From: Nemertoderma westbladi
Taxonomy: Eukaryota; Animalia; Xenacoelomorpha
Reading direction: 5' to 3'
Assembly (NCBI GenBank): GCA_032718475.1
Contig: JAUCBJ010006072.1
Span: 1-33,405 of the forward strand
Length of the DNA stretch: 33,405 bases
Part shown: piece after piece, positions 31,545-33,405 of the stretch
Position numbering within the stretch: position 1 is the stretch's first letter
Layout: every line of letters starts with the position of its first letter
Program-made: the position numbers and the translations under genes
Notes under the pieces: generated by a model
Seen by the model: only the letters and a program-made list of their open reading frames with translations
What the model was told of the DNA's origin: nothing
The model's database searches: none

Positions 31545-32122
31545 CCTAGAGGCAGACTGGGTAACAACTGCAGACGATTTAAGACCTCACAAAAATGTTT
31601 TCATTTCAGCTCACTATCGGTAGACTGGAGAACCGCCGATGGATTAGTGTCCCAACAAAGACGCAAGGTAATCTATCGCTAGTGAGCGATGGAAGGAGAA
31701 ACCTGCAGTCGTCCTTTCAGCCTACGGTTGTCTAGCATGTAGGCCTAAACCTGCCAAGTTTCAGCTTAAAAGGAGTAAAATCAAGGAAATGGTGGATTTT
31801 GATTGTTTTCATATTTAGTCATTTCGCCCTCTAGCGACAGAAACGAGAACTGCAGATGAATCAACTTCTTCAAAAAGTAGCAGCATGTGGTCTGGTACAT
31901 ATACAGTGTTTCAAGATTCAATTTGAACAAATTAAGATCAAGGAAATGGGGACTAACTGCAGACTGGAGAACTGCAGACCGATTACTGACCCGATAAAGA
32001 CACAGAATGTGTTCTGTTCTGACAAGTTTCAGCTTGAACGGATCATAAATAACCGAATTGGTCAAAGATTTCACTTTCAGACATTTCGCCCTCTAACGGC
32101 AGACTAGAGAACTGTAGACGGA
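31545..32122. repeat. Degenerate repeats of gcagactggagaactgcagac (six or so copies) with a ~265-bp higher period
   Basis: Motif near 31552, 31620, 31690, 31836, 31959, 32099; caagtttcagctt at ~31755 and ~32023; atttcgccctcta at ~31821 and ~32083. Confidence 0.7.
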
Positions 32123-32964
32123 TTGGCCTCCTATGAATGACACAGCTACTGTAGCTAATGATGTAGTACAAATCTGCAATGTGTGAAAGTCTCCAAAAAT
32201 TCTAAACTTTTGGTCTAATTGATTCCTTCAAATTTTCAAGTCGACGGTACACGAATCCGATTTTTGAATGATCAATTTCTATTCATAATAGGGAAAATTG
32301 TGGCGCCTTGAATTTAAGAACCATCTTAATGGCCGTTTACTTATACACTGAACGGTAAACGGTAACCAGGCTACCGTTTTATCTGTGCTCGGCTTCATAA
32401 TGAACAGTTAACTACAATGTCAGCTTACTGTTGTTGGTTCTATTTGCACAGTGCGATTCATCGCCCTGTGATTGGTTAAATGCTTAAATTGGATTCATTA
32501 TTGGTTTACCAGTATTTAAGGCTGAGTTTATATAACATAATTGTTGTAGATGATTTTTACTGTATAACTAACGGTATATTAATTAGTTCCCCGCCAAGTA
32601 CCACTCCTCAAAGTGGCTACTATTTCTTACCAGTCTGCAAGTTCATTTATAAATATTGCAATTAAGACTAAAATACATATTATTGTTCTAAGCATTATTA
32701 ACTCCTGTTTTATTGGTACTAACTGAAACTGCGTATAAAGACAACGTATCCACTAACTGCCGAACTGACTTCTCCCTTGCATAAGTTGACACTTCCCGCA
32801 ACACTTAATAGAGGAGTCCGGATTATACCCGGAAATGTGTATATCGACAGATTTAAATCCGAAAAAGTGGTAACAACGACGACGAAAACGACAAAAACTA
32901 TTTGCTAATTATTGACTCACCTCCCTCACAGTGTCAGTTCGCTAAGGCTCTGCCAACTTGTGGG

Positions 32965-32987
32965 GTTGTTGTTGTTGTTGTTGTTGT
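32965..32987. repeat. (GTT)n microsatellite
   Basis: Seven full GTT units plus GT. Confidence 0.95.
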
Positions 32988-33035
32988 GGGGTGGGTGACG
33001 GCGTATAAATATATGTTATAGTACATTATGATAAT

Positions 33036-33261
33036 GCTCTCCATAGCGAAAAATATCAACCGCCCCTATTGGGGCTTGAACCCGTTTTTTACAAAGGCCT
33101 AAAAATGATACCCCACTCCTTAGCGAATAAATCCTCTACCGCCCTGGTAGCGCAGTGGTCTTAGGACACACACTCGGCTAATGATAACCGGAAGTTTGAA
33201 ACCTAGGTACCGGATTCGAGCCCCAATAGGGGACGGTTGATATTTTTCGTTTATGGAGAGC
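33036..33261. mobile_element. Two head-to-head tRNA-like SINE fragments forming a ~50-bp inverted repeat
   Basis: 33036-33084 is the reverse complement of 33211-33261 with few mismatches; plus copy has A-box-like TAGCGCAGTGG (33148-33158) and B-box-like GGATTCGAGCCC. Confidence 0.65.
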
Positions 33262-33405
33262 TTATGACCTACTATAGATACGACCCCCCAAGCTGCTGCA
33301 AAGCCCCTAAATAACAAGTAGTGGAAATATGATAATGAAAAATCACCAAGAAAACAAATTGATTCTATGACCATATAGTTTTTTTGGGATGCTGATCACG
33401 AATAT

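Noticed and set aside
25299-33374. Small ORFs (25372-25674, 28271-28456, 31253-32107, 32480-32665, 33120-33374)
   Set aside because: No recognisable motifs; they lie in AT-rich or repeat-derived sequence.

Overview
AT-rich, transposon-dense DNA that reads as animal (invertebrate-type) genomic sequence, not a prokaryotic locus. From left to right: (1) the 5' part of a BEL/Pao LTR retrotransposon on the minus strand (repeat-rich N-terminal ORF, a frame break, then gag with three zinc knuckles and an aspartic protease running off the window edge), with a long repeat-bearing leader. (2) A single-exon 1999-aa Roco-family gene with an unusual domain string: degenerate TIR-like, PLAT/LH2, Rab GTPase (switch-II Gln replaced by Ala), Roc GTPase, COR, TIR with the catalytic-position Glu, and a C-terminal CCAIL prenylation box. 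(3) An intronless gene with a C-terminal CARD. (4) A decayed LINE endonuclease next to a ~1.5-kb array of 28-bp repeats. (5) A recent local duplication of an intronless, secreted, 10-Cys Ly6/uPAR-like, probably GPI-anchored gene, one copy intact and one broken. (6) MITEs, tRNA-derived SINEs, foldback elements and a Gypsy integrase scrap. The best candidate for a new system is the membrane-targeted tandem-GTPase/dual-TIR Roco protein, possibly acting with its CARD and Ly6-like neighbours. All domain calls are by-eye motif recognition; no database searches were run.
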